This document shows, one piece after another, positions 1 to 13,125 of a DNA stretch of 64,000 nt. Source of the stretch: Octopus vulgaris (lineage: Eukaryota); assembly GCA_951406725.2 (NCBI GenBank), contig OX597819.1, positions 27,156,001 through 27,220,000 of the forward strand, written 5' to 3'. Below the pieces are notes generated by a model, which saw only the letters and a program-made list of their open reading frames with translations, did no database searches and was not told the DNA's origin. The stretch's first letter is position 1; each line of letters begins with the position of its first letter. A program made the translations under genes and the position numbers.

Positions 1-1693
1 CAATGTATTTATGCTTTAAAAAAAGCGGGGCAGATATATCGATGGTGGAAAAATTCGGAACGAATACGAAATATCACTTTTTATGTATGTTTAAGAATTG
101 AAATATAAAATCATAACAATTATAAAATAGCAGAGGCTTTTGCGAATTGTATACTAAACGTTAAGACGACACTAAAAGTAGATTTTTTTTCTTTTTAATG
201 AAATGGTTTGGTTAAAACGATATGCATTGCAGATGCTTGATTTAGGCACAAAAACAAATATAAGTTATTTATGTTATATTCCCCGTTAACTGTGACTTTG
301 TTACAAAGATTTTAATTACAAATGCAAATTAATGGTTAAAAAAAAAAGGTCTTGTTTGCGACAATATAAACAACGTAAGCAAATAACCAGTAAAAGATGC
401 ACAGGTTAAGACAGTATATATCATGGATGTTATCCTGATAAATGTGACTTAATCATTATAAAGATATTATACATCAAACATTTAAATCTCCTGTAAATGT
501 GACTTTGTGAAGGCAATGTACATCATGGATGTTATCCTCAGTAAACACAACTTGGTGTTAAGGATTGACATCATACACTGAAACGTCTGTTGAAAGTGAG
601 TTCAGCTGGTAAACACAATATAAATAATGTAAGCAAATCTCCGACAAAAGTGTTTCATAGTGAATTCCGTATATATTATGCATGCTAGTTGCAGGTTTAT
701 GTGAGTTGGTTATAACAGTGAACGTTATGTAAGCAATTCTCCGATAGACGTGATTTTAATACAACAATATTTATGTGTATATATATATATATATATTTAT
801 GTATATATATATGTGTGTGTGTGTTTAAGTGAAACCTTCTCTAAACGTTGCTTGATTAATACGATGTATATATACAATATTGATATTCACTCCCAGCGAT
901 ATGGGTTTGGTGACGATATCAAATATAAATGAAAAGTGGTTTGGTTGAGACAGTTTATATTGTAAATACAAAATACAAACTCCCGTTAAAACTTCAGTTC
1001 TTTACTTCAATATGCAGTGTAGAAAAATTTTCCAAAGTAAAAAAAAAAAATTGTTCCTCCATGATTATATATATGATTAAAACATATTTCAGTAAGATGT
1101 GGGTTAAGAAAATATACGTTGTAAATCTTAATTTCTGATCAAAATTGATTTGATTATGATGTATGATGAGTAATATTTGGTAAGTAGAGATTGACAAGAT
1201 ACTCCATAATGATTCAAAACTTGTGTCAGATATTGATTTGATGGTCTGTGAAATATGTTGTAGATTGATGAGTTTCGTTTAAAGAATCTCTGGCATCATT
1301 TAAAGTAGCAGGAATGTTAGGTCATTGGTGAATATTTTGAGCTTTTTCATATAAACAAGATGGTGGCTCGGATTAAAAGACTGTGCTTCTCATATTTTGA
1401 GTTTGAAGTTTTCTATTACTGTATTTATTTATATTTTCCTTTGTTCTTCTTCTTCTTCCTTGTGCAACAGTCGTAAACACTTAAGAGCTATTGAATGTAG
1501 ACCTTTTCTGTTCCTTTTTTTTTTCCTTTCTATAAAGTTATGATAGAATAATAATAACATAATACAAAAAGTAAAATGCCATTTGTTAGATTGCATAGTA
1601 TGCTGTGTGGAGACGAAGTATGTTTTGAATGATTGCAACGAACAGGATGTTCAGCGTTGCACAATCAAAGTGACATAAAAATAGGGAATTTCA

Positions 1694-1750
<57 letters not shown>

Positions 1751-2192
1751 CATAATATATATACATAATATATATACATACATATATACACACACACATA
1801 TATATATATGATGTGTATTTACATTACATGTACAATACACAGGGAGACTGAGATTTATATAAAACTTCTGTAAAACTTACTTCCAGCCATTCATGCATAC
1901 ATTTACGCATAGTTAACATGTATGCACTGAATCACGCTTACATATACATACAATCTATGCTTACATATACATTTGTAATATGCAGCTAGCATTTTGGTCA
2001 GATATATCCCATGCTTCATATAAATAACTCGTGTTTTATCGTTCAATGTCATTCACTTCGTTCTCATCCTAAGACGACAAACATCACGTATTTCCACAAA
2101 TAAAAGAATTTTTCGTTCATTTTATTTCCTTGATTATGGATATGTTTCTTCCTTCGAATCGTGTTGTTACACATTTAAATACTCCCGTTCCT

Positions 2193-3287
2193 CTACCTTT
2201 TACAACATCCTTTACAAAAGCAATTGGCTGCTGCGCGGGGGATCTCTTGCCGGAAGTTGACATTCAGGAAGCTGTACACAATTGGATTGATGGCATTATT
2301 GAGAAAATAGGATTTCAAGCAAAATTTATAGATTAACTCAGCGGTGGGGTTTAGACTCGATTCAAATTCTTTCCAAACATTCCGAACAACCATCGCAATC
2401 AGAAACGGTAGGTAACTGACGACGAAAATGACGGACACTGCAAACAAAATCACTGTTGTTCGTCCGACGCGTATTTGTTGGCCTTGTCGTGGGACTTTGA
2501 TCACGGCTGCCGAATATTTCCTTTGTTTGTTGTTTTCGGGGGTTTCGTCTGATAAGTCGACAACGCTAGGTTCTTCGGAATCGCGTTGGGAAGGACAAAT
2601 GGGTTGCTGGGTAGATTTCGTGTGAATCTGCAGATCTTTGCGCTTGCGCACTTCCAAGGACAGGCGGACGTACAGGCCAAAGATAAGAGCAGTGCAAATG
2701 ATGAACAAGAGGAACAAGAAACCGTAATAAGTAGTCGGGTATTTTTTGTCAATGCTGTCGTCAGTGGAGCAATCTGAGCCGTATATACCGGGTACGACTT
2801 CTACCCGTTTTTTGCCGAATATGACAAAAGAAGGCCAGGATAAAAGTACCCCAATGAAGAGTGCAACAACACAAAGCAATTTCGTTTTGCGAAGGCTGTA
2901 CTGTAAGCCGACCTTACATATTCGATAGTATCGATCAAAAGCCACTTCTAGTAATACAATGGCGGAACTAATCGTCGTCACACTCAATGTGAAGCGAAGC
3001 AGACGACATGCGAAAGGAGCGTCGAACAGATACGGGTTACACAGATCTGCAATCTCTGTCGGGATGCCAAAAAAGCAACCGAAAAGATCTAAAATCGATA
3101 AAGTAAGGATAAAGAAATGAGAAGAAGTTTTGCGTTTTTTCTGGCTGTACACCATCAAAACGATGATATTACCGATAGTGCCCATTAGAAATAGCAAACC
3201 CATGAACACTATTACGGGAAGATAAAGTTCAAATTTTTCCGTATTTTTAATTTCAAGAATACATTGCTCGCTACAATTGAATTCCAT
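2193..3287 (-). CDS. Class A (rhodopsin-like) GPCR, peptide-receptor-like orphan, 364 aa, uninterrupted CDS
   Basis: Seven hydrophobic segments with class A motifs: TM1 GTIGN, TM2 LSILD, TM3 VAFDRYYRIC, TM4 LLSWP, ECL2 Cys (SDCS), TM6 FVVSYLPF, TM7 NNAINPIVY, and C-terminal Cys cluster (CFCKGCC). The ATG has A at -3 (aacaATGg). The ligand cannot be assigned. Confidence 0.95.
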   Translation of the reverse strand: MEFNCSEQCILEIKNTEKFELYLPVIVFMGLLFLMGTIGNIIVLMVYSQKKRKTSSHFFILTLSILDLFGCFFGIPTEIADLCNPYLFDAPFACRLLRFTLSVTTISSAIVLLEVAFDRYYRICKVGLQYSLRKTKLLCVVALFIGVLLSWPSFVIFGKKRVEVVPGIYGSDCSTDDSIDKKYPTTYYGFLFLLFIICTALIFGLYVRLSLEVRKRKDLQIHTKSTQQPICPSQRDSEEPSVVDLSDETPENNKQRKYSAAVIKVPRQGQQIRVGRTTVILFAVSVIFVVSYLPFLIAMVVRNVWKEFESSLNPTAELIYKFCLKSYFLNNAINPIVYSFLNVNFRQEIPRAAANCFCKGCCKR

Positions 3288-3612
3288 TGTTTATTTCGGT
3301 TGGAAGATACGCGTCTTTAAAATGTCCTGGTAATGATATTTGCCAAGATGCAAATTCTTTGAGAGGATGATACACAATGTCTAGTGTAGCACAGAAAACA
3401 TCGTCATGACAAGATCACACGTTAAGACTTCGCAAGGAAGTTCTGCTGGAGATAAGCCTTTCGAATGATGATGTTGGTGATGATGATGAGTATATTCAAA
3501 AATTATTTTGGATAAAGATATTTTGCTTGTTGTTTGTCCACTGCTGAGTAATATGAAGTAATGTTCCCTCGGTCAGTAACCACATAGACCTGCAATAGAA
3601 AACAGAAAATAT
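3288..3612 (-). promoter_or_regulatory. 5' UTR portion of the GPCR coding exon with splice acceptor (exon starts about 3589)
   Basis: The minus strand reads attttctgttttctattgcAG|gtctatg, a strong polypyrimidine tract plus CAG about 300 nt upstream of the ATG. Confidence 0.65.
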
Positions 3613-3768
3613 ATATGAAACAGAATATGAGCGAACAAGACGGGAAAAAAAATAGTACTCGATTACCAAAGATAGAATTAAATAGCATTTTAATGTAATT
3701 GAAAAGATTTCACGAACTGTTACTCAGAGTTTCCCGTGACCGATCAACTGACCGATCTTCAATAAAAT

Positions 3769-3841
3769 ACCATACTGGTATAGTGGTATGTATCCCTGCC
3801 TGTCACGTGGGAGATCGGGTTTCGATTCCCTGCCGCTGGGG
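3769..3841 (+). pseudogene. tRNA-Asp(GTC) pseudogene or degenerate tRNA gene
   Basis: TGGTATAGTGGTATGTATCCCTGCCTGTCACGTGGGAGATCGGGTTTCGATTCCCTG closely follows eukaryotic tRNA-Asp, with A box, GTC anticodon, B box and a downstream TTTT. The acceptor stem does not pair, and several CG>TG changes are present. Confidence 0.8.
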
Positions 3842-3996
3842 TACATTTTCTATAGGCGCAGGCCATGTGTTTCCTTCCCAAACACATGGTTCTGGGTTCA
3901 GTTCCATTGCGTGACGCCTTGGGTTTGGTATCCGGAAACTGGAAGTAGCCCGTTGTATGTGTATATATATATATATAATATGACAAAAGAAGGCCA

Positions 3997-4350
<354 letters not shown>

Positions 4351-4577
4351 ATAGATATATATGTATATATATATATGTATGTATTTGTGTATGTATATAT
4401 ATATACGTGTGTGTGTATATCTTTGCTTGTGTCTGTATTCCCCCCTCCCCACCACATAGATTAGCAAAGTCAAGTTTGCTTCCAGTTAAAGCAACTACTA
4501 TTCTTAGTAGTATCATAAGTTATGAAATATAGAGCAAATGTAGGAGAAATTGCAATAAACACAAGTTTATACTATGA

Positions 4578-4668
4578 GTTCCTACGACGTTTCACAATTA
4601 TAATCGCTTGAAACCCTACGTTCGATGTTCCAAGGCCATTCGGATGCTTAACGGTTCTTCAGAGAGCA
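4578..4668 (-). ncRNA. Hammerhead-like motif with long stem II insert
   Basis: Minus strand CTGAAGA (4662-4656), ~62 nt, then GAAACGTC (4593-4586). Stem I is poor. Confidence 0.35.
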
Positions 4669-4782
4669 CTATATTGCTTTGTGTTATAAAGAAATAATGT
4701 CAGTACATATTCAAATAAGACAGACAGACAGACGGACGGACGGACGGACGGATGGATGGATGGTTGGTTGGATGGATGGATG

Positions 4783-4858
<76 letters not shown>

Positions 4859-5061
4859 TGTTTCTTTATTAGTCACACAGGGCTGCACACAGACAGGACA
4901 AATTACAAGGTAGAGCATTTCTTTTGGGGGTAAAAAAAAGGGGGTTTGGTTTTCGATCAAAAGGGATCGTAAAGGGAAAGAAAGAGGACAAAAAAGGGGG
5001 GAATAAAATTTTTTTTTTAAATGGATAGATAGATAGATTGATAGATAGACAGATAGCTAGC

Positions 5062-5137
<76 letters not shown>

Positions 5138-5857
5138 AAGATACATAGATAGATAGACAGAATTAGTGTCGGAGAGATATTGTTTAATTCTTTAATATGG
5201 AAAAAGTTCCACAGAACACCACTCTTTGCCAATCTATTTTTTATTTGGGCGTGAACTTCCTGGTTGTGCTTTCTCTCAATATATGTTACAAAGCACTTAG
5301 GAATAGACTTGGAAATATTATTTTACGATATTTATTTATTTAAATAACAAGATGTATGTACATATTCGTGGCAGATGCGGCTGTGCTGTTAAGAAATTTG
5401 CCTCGGGACTATGTTATATCTCATTTTCTGTTTCCTTGTGCAAATGCCTTCTGTCAAAGGATCGGTGTCTTTTGAGGGAAATTTCTAAGAGAGGTACTAT
5501 GTGGAAACCCATGACTCCTGTTCGTGGTGCTAGCCTTAATCCTTCTCCCGGTTTAATACTGTATCCATACGATACACCAAGACACACACACACACGCACA
5601 ATCAAACACTCTCACATATCATTCCCTCTTAGGTCCGCTTCCAGATATTGATACACTAATACGTATTACATGCCGGTTCCATCCTCCCTACTTAATTGTT
5701 TTCCATAGAACGACTAATTATTCACCTTCGTCCTGCGTACTTACCCCACCGTTTCATCATTATCATCATCGTCAACGTCATCATTGTCATCGTTGTTTTT
5801 GTTGTGGTTGTTGTTACTTTGTAATTTCGTATTTTTTAATACACTCACTTTCTATTG

Positions 5858-5888
<31 letters not shown>

Positions 5889-5909
5889 ACTCACTCTCCC
5901 TATGCTATC

Positions 5910-5946
5910 TTTTTCTGATGAAGGACTAACGTCTTAAACGTCTCGG
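5910..5946 (+). ncRNA. Degenerate hammerhead-like motif
   Basis: CTGATGA aggac-taac-gtctt AAACGTC. The G of GAAAC is missing. Confidence 0.35.
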
Positions 5947-6067
5947 CATTATTTCTACAGATGCACAAGCATCTCCTAATCTCACACAAGTCAACTTTGC
6001 CTTTCAAATTTTCAAGGTCGATAAATAAACTCAATTCTCTTCTTCTCTTTCCCTCTCTCTCTCTCGC

Positions 6068-6103
<36 letters not shown>

Positions 6104-6173
6104 CCTATCTATCTTCCTGTCTATCTATCTATCTATCTGTCTGTCTACCTATCTATCTTTCTATCTCTCTCTG

Positions 6174-6204
<31 letters not shown>

Positions 6205-6205
6205 T

Positions 6206-6296
<91 letters not shown>

Positions 6297-6609
6297 GTCT
6301 ATCTATCTCACTTTATTTCACTTGCAATAAAATGCTCAAACTTGCCGCACGTCGCGACGGCGCACCTACGTATCTGTCAGGAGTTAAGCTTTCCTCATTT
6401 GTATATATAAATATACGGTTGTATCTATGCACACGATGTAACATGACTAATATTTGTATACATGCATGAAGCTATGATTGTGTGTGTGTGTGTTTGTGTG
6501 TCAGTGTGTGTCAGTGTCTGTGTGTATGTGTCAGTATGTGTGAGTCATTGTGTGTGTGTGTGTGTGTCAGTGTGTGTGTGTGTGTGTGTGTCAGTGTGTG
6601 TATGTGTGT

Positions 6610-6652
<43 letters not shown>

Positions 6653-6664
6653 GTGTGCGTCAGT

Positions 6665-6985
6665 GACGGCGGGTTGGCTTAGTGGTTAGGGTATACGTTG
6701 CCGGATCGTAAGGTCGTGAGTTCGATAACGGGGAGCGCGTTGTTGCCTTGAGCAAGACACTGTATTTCCCGTTCCCCCAGTCCACTCAGCTGGCAAAAAC
6801 GAGAAGTACCTGTATTTCAAAGGGCCAGCTTTGTTACATCCTGTGTCTCACTGAATCTCTCTGAGAACTACATAAAGGCACGTGTGTCTGCGGAATGCTC
6901 AACCACTTGCACGCTAATTTTTCGAGCAGGCTGTTCCATTGATTGGATCGACTGGAACACGCGTCGTCGTAACCGACAGAGTGCG
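6665..6985 (+). mobile_element. tRNA-SINE family C (head 2 + tail 1)
   Basis: A box TGGCTTAGTGG and B box GTTCGAT. The 3' part matches 38114 and 59285, and the 5' part matches 63295. Confidence 0.8.
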
Positions 6986-7465
6986 AGTGTATGTGTGAGG
7001 GGGGGGTCTAAATGAGCCTGGGTATGTGTGTCTGGGAGTGTGTGTATGGACTGTTACAAGTAGGTTTATGTCTATCACTCTTTTCATCACTCTATGTACC
7101 CGTCGATCTACCTTTATCTCTCTATCAATCAATCAATCCATCTATTTATTTACAAATTTATTTATTAATAAATTGATCTTTCTACTTACCAATGTATCAT
7201 ATTACATATCAATCAATCCAGTTATTCACCACCCAACTAATCCACCTAGCAGTCTGTTTCTTTGTCTGTCTCTCTATTGATCTATCGATTAATTGATCAA
7301 TCTATCTGTCCCTCTGTCCCTCCCTCCCTCCTTCCATCCATCTATCTACCTGTCTATCTCTGTAACCATTCATCTAGTTACCTATCTATGTTTACATCTA
7401 TCCATCTGTTACGTATCTATTTATCCAGGTTTATAAGTATATATATATATATATATGCATATATA

Positions 7466-7509
<44 letters not shown>

Positions 7510-7572
7510 TGATTGATTGATTGATTGATTCTAGTTTCAGCTTATGAGCTGTGGCCATGCTGGGGCACCGCC

Positions 7573-7621
<49 letters not shown>

Positions 7622-7622
<1 letters not shown>

Positions 7623-7892
7623 TTTATTTAAAGCAGCAGAAAATTCAACAAAATCTGTTACTCTGAGTTTCTCGTTGCCGTTCATCAGACAGTTTTTGCT
7701 AGCAAAAACTGTCTGATGAACGGCAACGAGAAACTCAGAGTAACAGATAAAACTGTCTGATGAACGGCAACGAGAAACTCAGAGTAACAGATTTTGTTGA
7801 ATTTTCTGCTGCTTTAAATAAAGCATATTACTCTACCACTGGTATTTGAGTACTCTTTTTTCCACCTTGTTTCACATTTATGTGTTTACTCC

Positions 7893-7894
<2 letters not shown>
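7622..7894. mobile_element. Palindromic Penelope-like terminus with three hammerhead motifs, inserted in (TA)n
   Basis: Zero-spacer palindrome centred at 7700/7701, with a 44-bp tandem duplication in the right arm. Motif ctgt CTGATGA a cg-gcaa-cg a GAAA ctcaga GTA acag occurs at 7709-7746(+), 7753-7790(+) and 7655-7692(-). (TA)n lies on both sides. Confidence 0.75.
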
Positions 7895-7935
<41 letters not shown>

Positions 7936-7944
7936 CACTCACTC

Positions 7945-8025
<81 letters not shown>

Positions 8026-8566
8026 ACTCTAACCTCATACAGTAGCTCACAAACACTACTTAAACTGTAGTCCATATTATACCAAATACTACTTAAACTG
8101 TAGTCCATATTATACCAACGTTTTCGTCAATCACTAACGAAATAATAGTAAGCTAGTGTCTTCTACACATGTTCGACTTGATAGCAAAAACTTTCAAAGA
8201 CAATTTAAAAGCCACGTTAAAACAATGACTCTTAGCCGCTCCTCTCTTTCACTCCACTTTTGCTAAAAGCCGGTCTCAGAAAGAAATCAATGCACTGACT
8301 CAATATTTCACTTTTCTGACACGAGTCCATTAAAATATGTCTGTTGCTGTGGTTTTCCTTTCACCCCCTTCTTTTGTTAGTCTTCTTCACCCACTTTTTA
8401 AATTGCTCTTCAATCTCATTTTCTTTCTCTTCTTTTACTTCTTTTCCTCCCCCTCTTCCTCCACCTGTTCTTATTGTTGTGCTTCTTTTTCTTCATATTT
8501 CCTTCTTTCTCTTCATTCTTTTTTTTTCACCATCTTCTTTCTATTTTTTCTTTCTTCTTCTTCTTC

Positions 8567-8629
<63 letters not shown>

Positions 8630-8642
8630 GTCGTGAGAACGG

Positions 8643-9217
8643 TGATTTTGGCAGAATCGTTAGAACGTCGGACGAAATGCTTAGCGGCATTTTTCCCCAC
8701 TCATTACTTTCTGAGTTCAAATCACGAGGGTTAACTGTGCGCTTCGTCATTTGGATTCGATAAAAGAAATTATGACTCAGGTCTCTGATTCGATGTAATC
8801 ACGAGATCTTCTGCCTGTAGCAGCAGAATCGTTAGCACAGCGGGTAAGATGCTTAGCAGTAATTTCGCCCGTCGCTACGTTCTGAGTTCAAATTCTGCCG
8901 AGGTCGACTTTTACTTTCATCATTTTTTGGGCCGACAAAATAAGTACCAGTTGAACACTGTGGTCGATGCAATCGACTTAACCCCCACCCCCACCCCCAC
9001 CCACCCACCCACCCCTTGTGCTTGTGACAAAATTTGAAGAAGAGAGGAGCCAGTCGATTAGATCGACCCCAGTTCGCAACTGGTACTTAATTTATCGACC
9101 CCGAAAGGATGAAAGGCAAAGTCGACCTCGGCGGAATTTGAACTCACAACGTAACGACAGACGAAATACCGCTAAGCATTTCGCCCGGCGTGCTAACGTT
9201 TCTGCCAGCTCGCCGCC
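8643..9217. mobile_element. Cluster of tRNA-SINE family B copies (two +, one - at 9050-9217)
   Basis: Repeated GGCAGAATCGTTAG...GTTCAAATTCCGCCGAGGTCGACTTTGCCTTTCATCC consensus. Confidence 0.85.
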
Positions 9218-9516
9218 TTTTCCATACGACCACCCCCGGTTCTCAGTATCTTTCTTGGCATTTACATCTCTTGCAAACTGACCGTACATTTTCTTTTCCT
9301 TTTATGCATTTTTGTTTTCTTTTTTTTTTTAATTTGTTCATTTCCTGTTTAAATTCTTCTTTCGTTACACAATTTCCATTTTTAATGAAACCGGCCTTCT
9401 TAATGTGTTTCAACAATGGCTCCACGGCATTTTTTATATACCACCCTAAGTTGTTTTCCTATGCTTCGATACAGTCCTGGCAAATGATCAAACCTCTCCC
9501 ACCCTTTTTTCTGTAC

Positions 9517-9616
<100 letters not shown>

Positions 9617-9635
9617 CATTGTTATTATTATTATT

Positions 9636-10176
9636 AAGTGGGAGAGCAGCGAATGCCATCAAAGTAACACTGGGGCACAGATATACGAAAGCCAATATAC
9701 CCATCTTGACTACCCATTTGATAAGGGTACACTAGGCACTCGCATATGCACAAGACATGGTGATCTCATATCAAGATAAACAGAGCGTAACCTTGCAGGT
9801 GGGGATCCAATTAGGATTTTGCAGGTCAAGTAGCCCATCCTGCTCAGAAGGTCTCTGAATCAGGTTTGTTTCAGGATGAATGAAGCACGCATGTTTCCAG
9901 ATGTGAATTATTCAAACCCCCAAAGAATTCCTCTCAACAAATTCCTACGCCCCCCCACCCCACCCCCCACCACCACTCTACTTCTGCTCATGATCAGAGA
10001 TGCACATATTATCAACCACTAAGGGACATGTTCAACTGGTTAAGATCAAGCAACTGACTGTGGTATTGAACAGTAGCATATTCTTTTACCGAGACAAAAC
10101 AATGTACATGATAACACTTCCAATCAGTTAAGATCAGAAGCCATGAGAGTCACTGCCTGGTGGTGCATCAGGACAT
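9636..10176. mobile_element. Probable interspersed-repeat fragment inserted in a (TTA)n tract
   Basis: A 540-bp block of complex sequence bounded on both sides by long (TTA)n arrays. No protein motif was recognised. Confidence 0.4.
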
Positions 10177-10198
10177 TTATTATTATTATTATTATTAA

Positions 10199-10336
<138 letters not shown>

Positions 10337-10524
10337 TATCATCGTCATCATCATCATCATCATCATTGTTATTATTACTATTTCTATTGGCAGGCTTGAT
10401 AGAATCGTTGGCACGATAAAACAGGAACCTGTTGAGCAGTGGGGTCGATGTAATCGACCTACATCCTCCTCCGAAATCTCAGGCCTTGTGCCTATAGTAG
10501 AAAGGGTTATTATCATTATTGATA

Positions 10525-10722
10525 AGGCGGCGAGCTGCCAAAATCGTTAGTACGCGGGGCGAAGTACGGAGCGGTATTTCGCTCTTAGCTATGCTCTGAG
10601 TTCAAATTCCGCCGAGGTCGACTTTGCATTTCATCCTTTCGGGGTCAATAAATTAAATACCAGTAAAATACCAGCTGGAGTCGATATAATCGACTAGTCA
10701 CCTCCCTACAAATTTGAGGCCT
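10525..10722 (+). mobile_element. tRNA-SINE family B
   Basis: Full head GGCGGCGAGCTG plus the family B core. Confidence 0.85.
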
Positions 10723-10732
10723 TCTTCTTATT

Positions 10733-10772
<40 letters not shown>

Positions 10773-11527
10773 CCATCATCACCATCATCATCATTGTCAT
10801 GCATCCTTCATGATATTACTGGTGGCTCTTCTGGTTATTCAAGATGGTGATCTTGTTTGCGTATCGATAAAAAAAGAAATGAGCAACGGCATTTCATCTG
10901 GCTCTTTAAATTCAGAGTTTAAATTCTTCCGAGGTCGATGGATACTTTCAGATCCCATAAAATAAGCGCCATTCAAGAAATGGGGTCAATGTAATCATCT
11001 TGCCCAACCCCTCAAAATCGCTAGCCTAGTCCCAAAATAACAAAGATTTATTAGACATTTTCTTTAACTCTTTCTTTGTATTTTCACCTTTTGCTCGATT
11101 CTTCGCTTTCATATTTCATATTCCTTCTGGCTTCTTTTTAGCTTTTTTTTCTTTCTGCTTTCCTTCGTCTCCTACCCCTTCGTCTTCTTTCGTCCCTACT
11201 TCCCTACATTGTTCTCCCTTTCTCCTTCTTATTCCGCTTCATCCTCTCCTCATCCTTCTCTCCGCCCTCCTCCTCCACCTTTTTCTTCTTCGTTTCCTTC
11301 TTCTAGTTTTATTTTTTATAAAATCCTTTCTTTATCCCGTGTTCTTTTCTCTCATCCACCATTCCTCCCCCTCCCCCATCACACACACTTCTTTTCTCTT
11401 CTCTTGTAAATCATTTCTTAACAACAAAAAAAAGAGGAGAGGAAATATTGCCATTTGAACTTGCATTCTCACGTTCATACGTCCATACATCTTTCTCCTC
11501 CCTCCATTACACACAAACACACTGCAC

Positions 11528-11596
<69 letters not shown>

Positions 11597-12199
11597 TATA
11601 TATATACCCACACACACACGCATAGAGAGGCACTAATATATACGAACACCATCTATATATCTATCTCTCTATCGATCTCTCTTTTTCTATTTTTTCTGTC
11701 TCTCTCTCCCACCTTCTCTGTCTTTCACTCTCTCTCTCCCACCTTCTCTGTCTTTCACTCTCTCTCTCTCTCTCCCTGTTTCTCTCTCCCTCTCTCTCTA
11801 CCTTTTTCTTACTGTCACTATTCCTCTCCTTTCCTCTTTAGTTCTTTCCAGACATTTTCCACGAATAAGAAGACATTAAAAACACGACATGCCGACATTT
11901 AATCTACTAATGGTGTTGACGGTTTTGGTGGTGGTGGTGGCGGTGGTGCTACTGCTGGTGGTACAACGGCGTATGGTGGTACAAAACCGCATGGAATAGT
12001 GGTCCTTCGGGTGGCGGGTATGATATGTTTGCCGTGATGTAATGTTATAACGTTGTTACTGAGATAAGGGTAGGTTCATGTGGTGGATGGTGGCCGTCTT
12101 CGATGGCGGCGATGAAAATTGAGTTGTTGCTGTGGTCGCAACAGACGTATTATCATGACAATGATAAGTGATGATGGCGATAGTGATGATGATGACGAC

Positions 12200-13125
12200 G
12201 AGGAGGGGAGGAGGAGGAGGAGGAGGGCTGTGGTTACTTCGATGATGTCGATGACGATAGTGATGACGACGATGATGATGGCAATGACCACGGTGGTGGT
12301 GGTAGCAGTTGTGGTGGTGGTGGTGGTAATCGGTGGACAGTAGTAGGGGGATGGAGGTGGTGATGGTTAGTGTTGTTGGTGGTGGGTGGTGGTGGTGGTG
12401 GTGGTGGTGGTGGTGGTGGTGGTGTTGGTAGTGGTGCAGGTTGTGGTGACGGTCATACCATTCGTTGTGGCTGTAAAGACGTTGTTGAGGGTTATTGTTG
12501 TTGTTGTTATTGTTGGTAGTAGTGGTGGTGGTGGTCGTCGTCATCGTTGTCGTGAAGCTAGTGGTAACGATGGTTGCATAGTTTAGTATTCGATATGGTG
12601 CTAAAGGCTGTTGCAGTTGTTGCTGTTGTCATTACAGTGGTGGTGGTGGTGGTTGTGTTGGTGGTGGTTGTGTTGGTGGTGGTTGTGTTGGTGGTGGTTG
12701 TGGTGGTGGTGGTTGTGTTGGTGGTGGTTGTGTTGGTGGTGGTTGTGTTGGTGGTGGTTGTGTTGGTTGTGTTGGTGGTGGTTGTGGTGGTGGTGGTTGT
12801 GTTGGTGGTGGTTGTGTTGGTGGTGGTTGTGTTGGTGTTGGTTGTGTTGGTGGTGGTTGTGTTGGTGGTGGTTGTGTTGGTGGTGGTTGTGTTGGCGTTG
12901 GTTGTGTTGGCGTTGGTTGTGTTGGTGGTGGTGTTGGTGTGGTGGTGGTGGTGGTGGTGGTGCCGGTGGTGCTGGTGGTGGTGATGGTGGTGGTGGTGGT
13001 GGTGCTGCTGCTGCTGCTGGTGGTGGTGCTGGTGGTGGTGCTGGTGGTGCTGGTGCTGCTGGTGGTGGTGCTGCTGGTGCTGCTGGTGGTAGTGGTGGTG
13101 GTGGTGGTGGTGGTGGTGGTGGTGG
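12200..13125. repeat. (GGT)n-derived low-complexity block with 15-bp minisatellite (GTTGTGTTGGTGGTG)n at ~12650-12935
   Basis: Read directly from the sequence. Confidence 0.9.

Noticed and set aside
7705-7792. Repeat pattern superficially like a CRISPR array
   Set aside because: There are only two adjacent identical units with no spacers, no cas genes, and a eukaryotic context.
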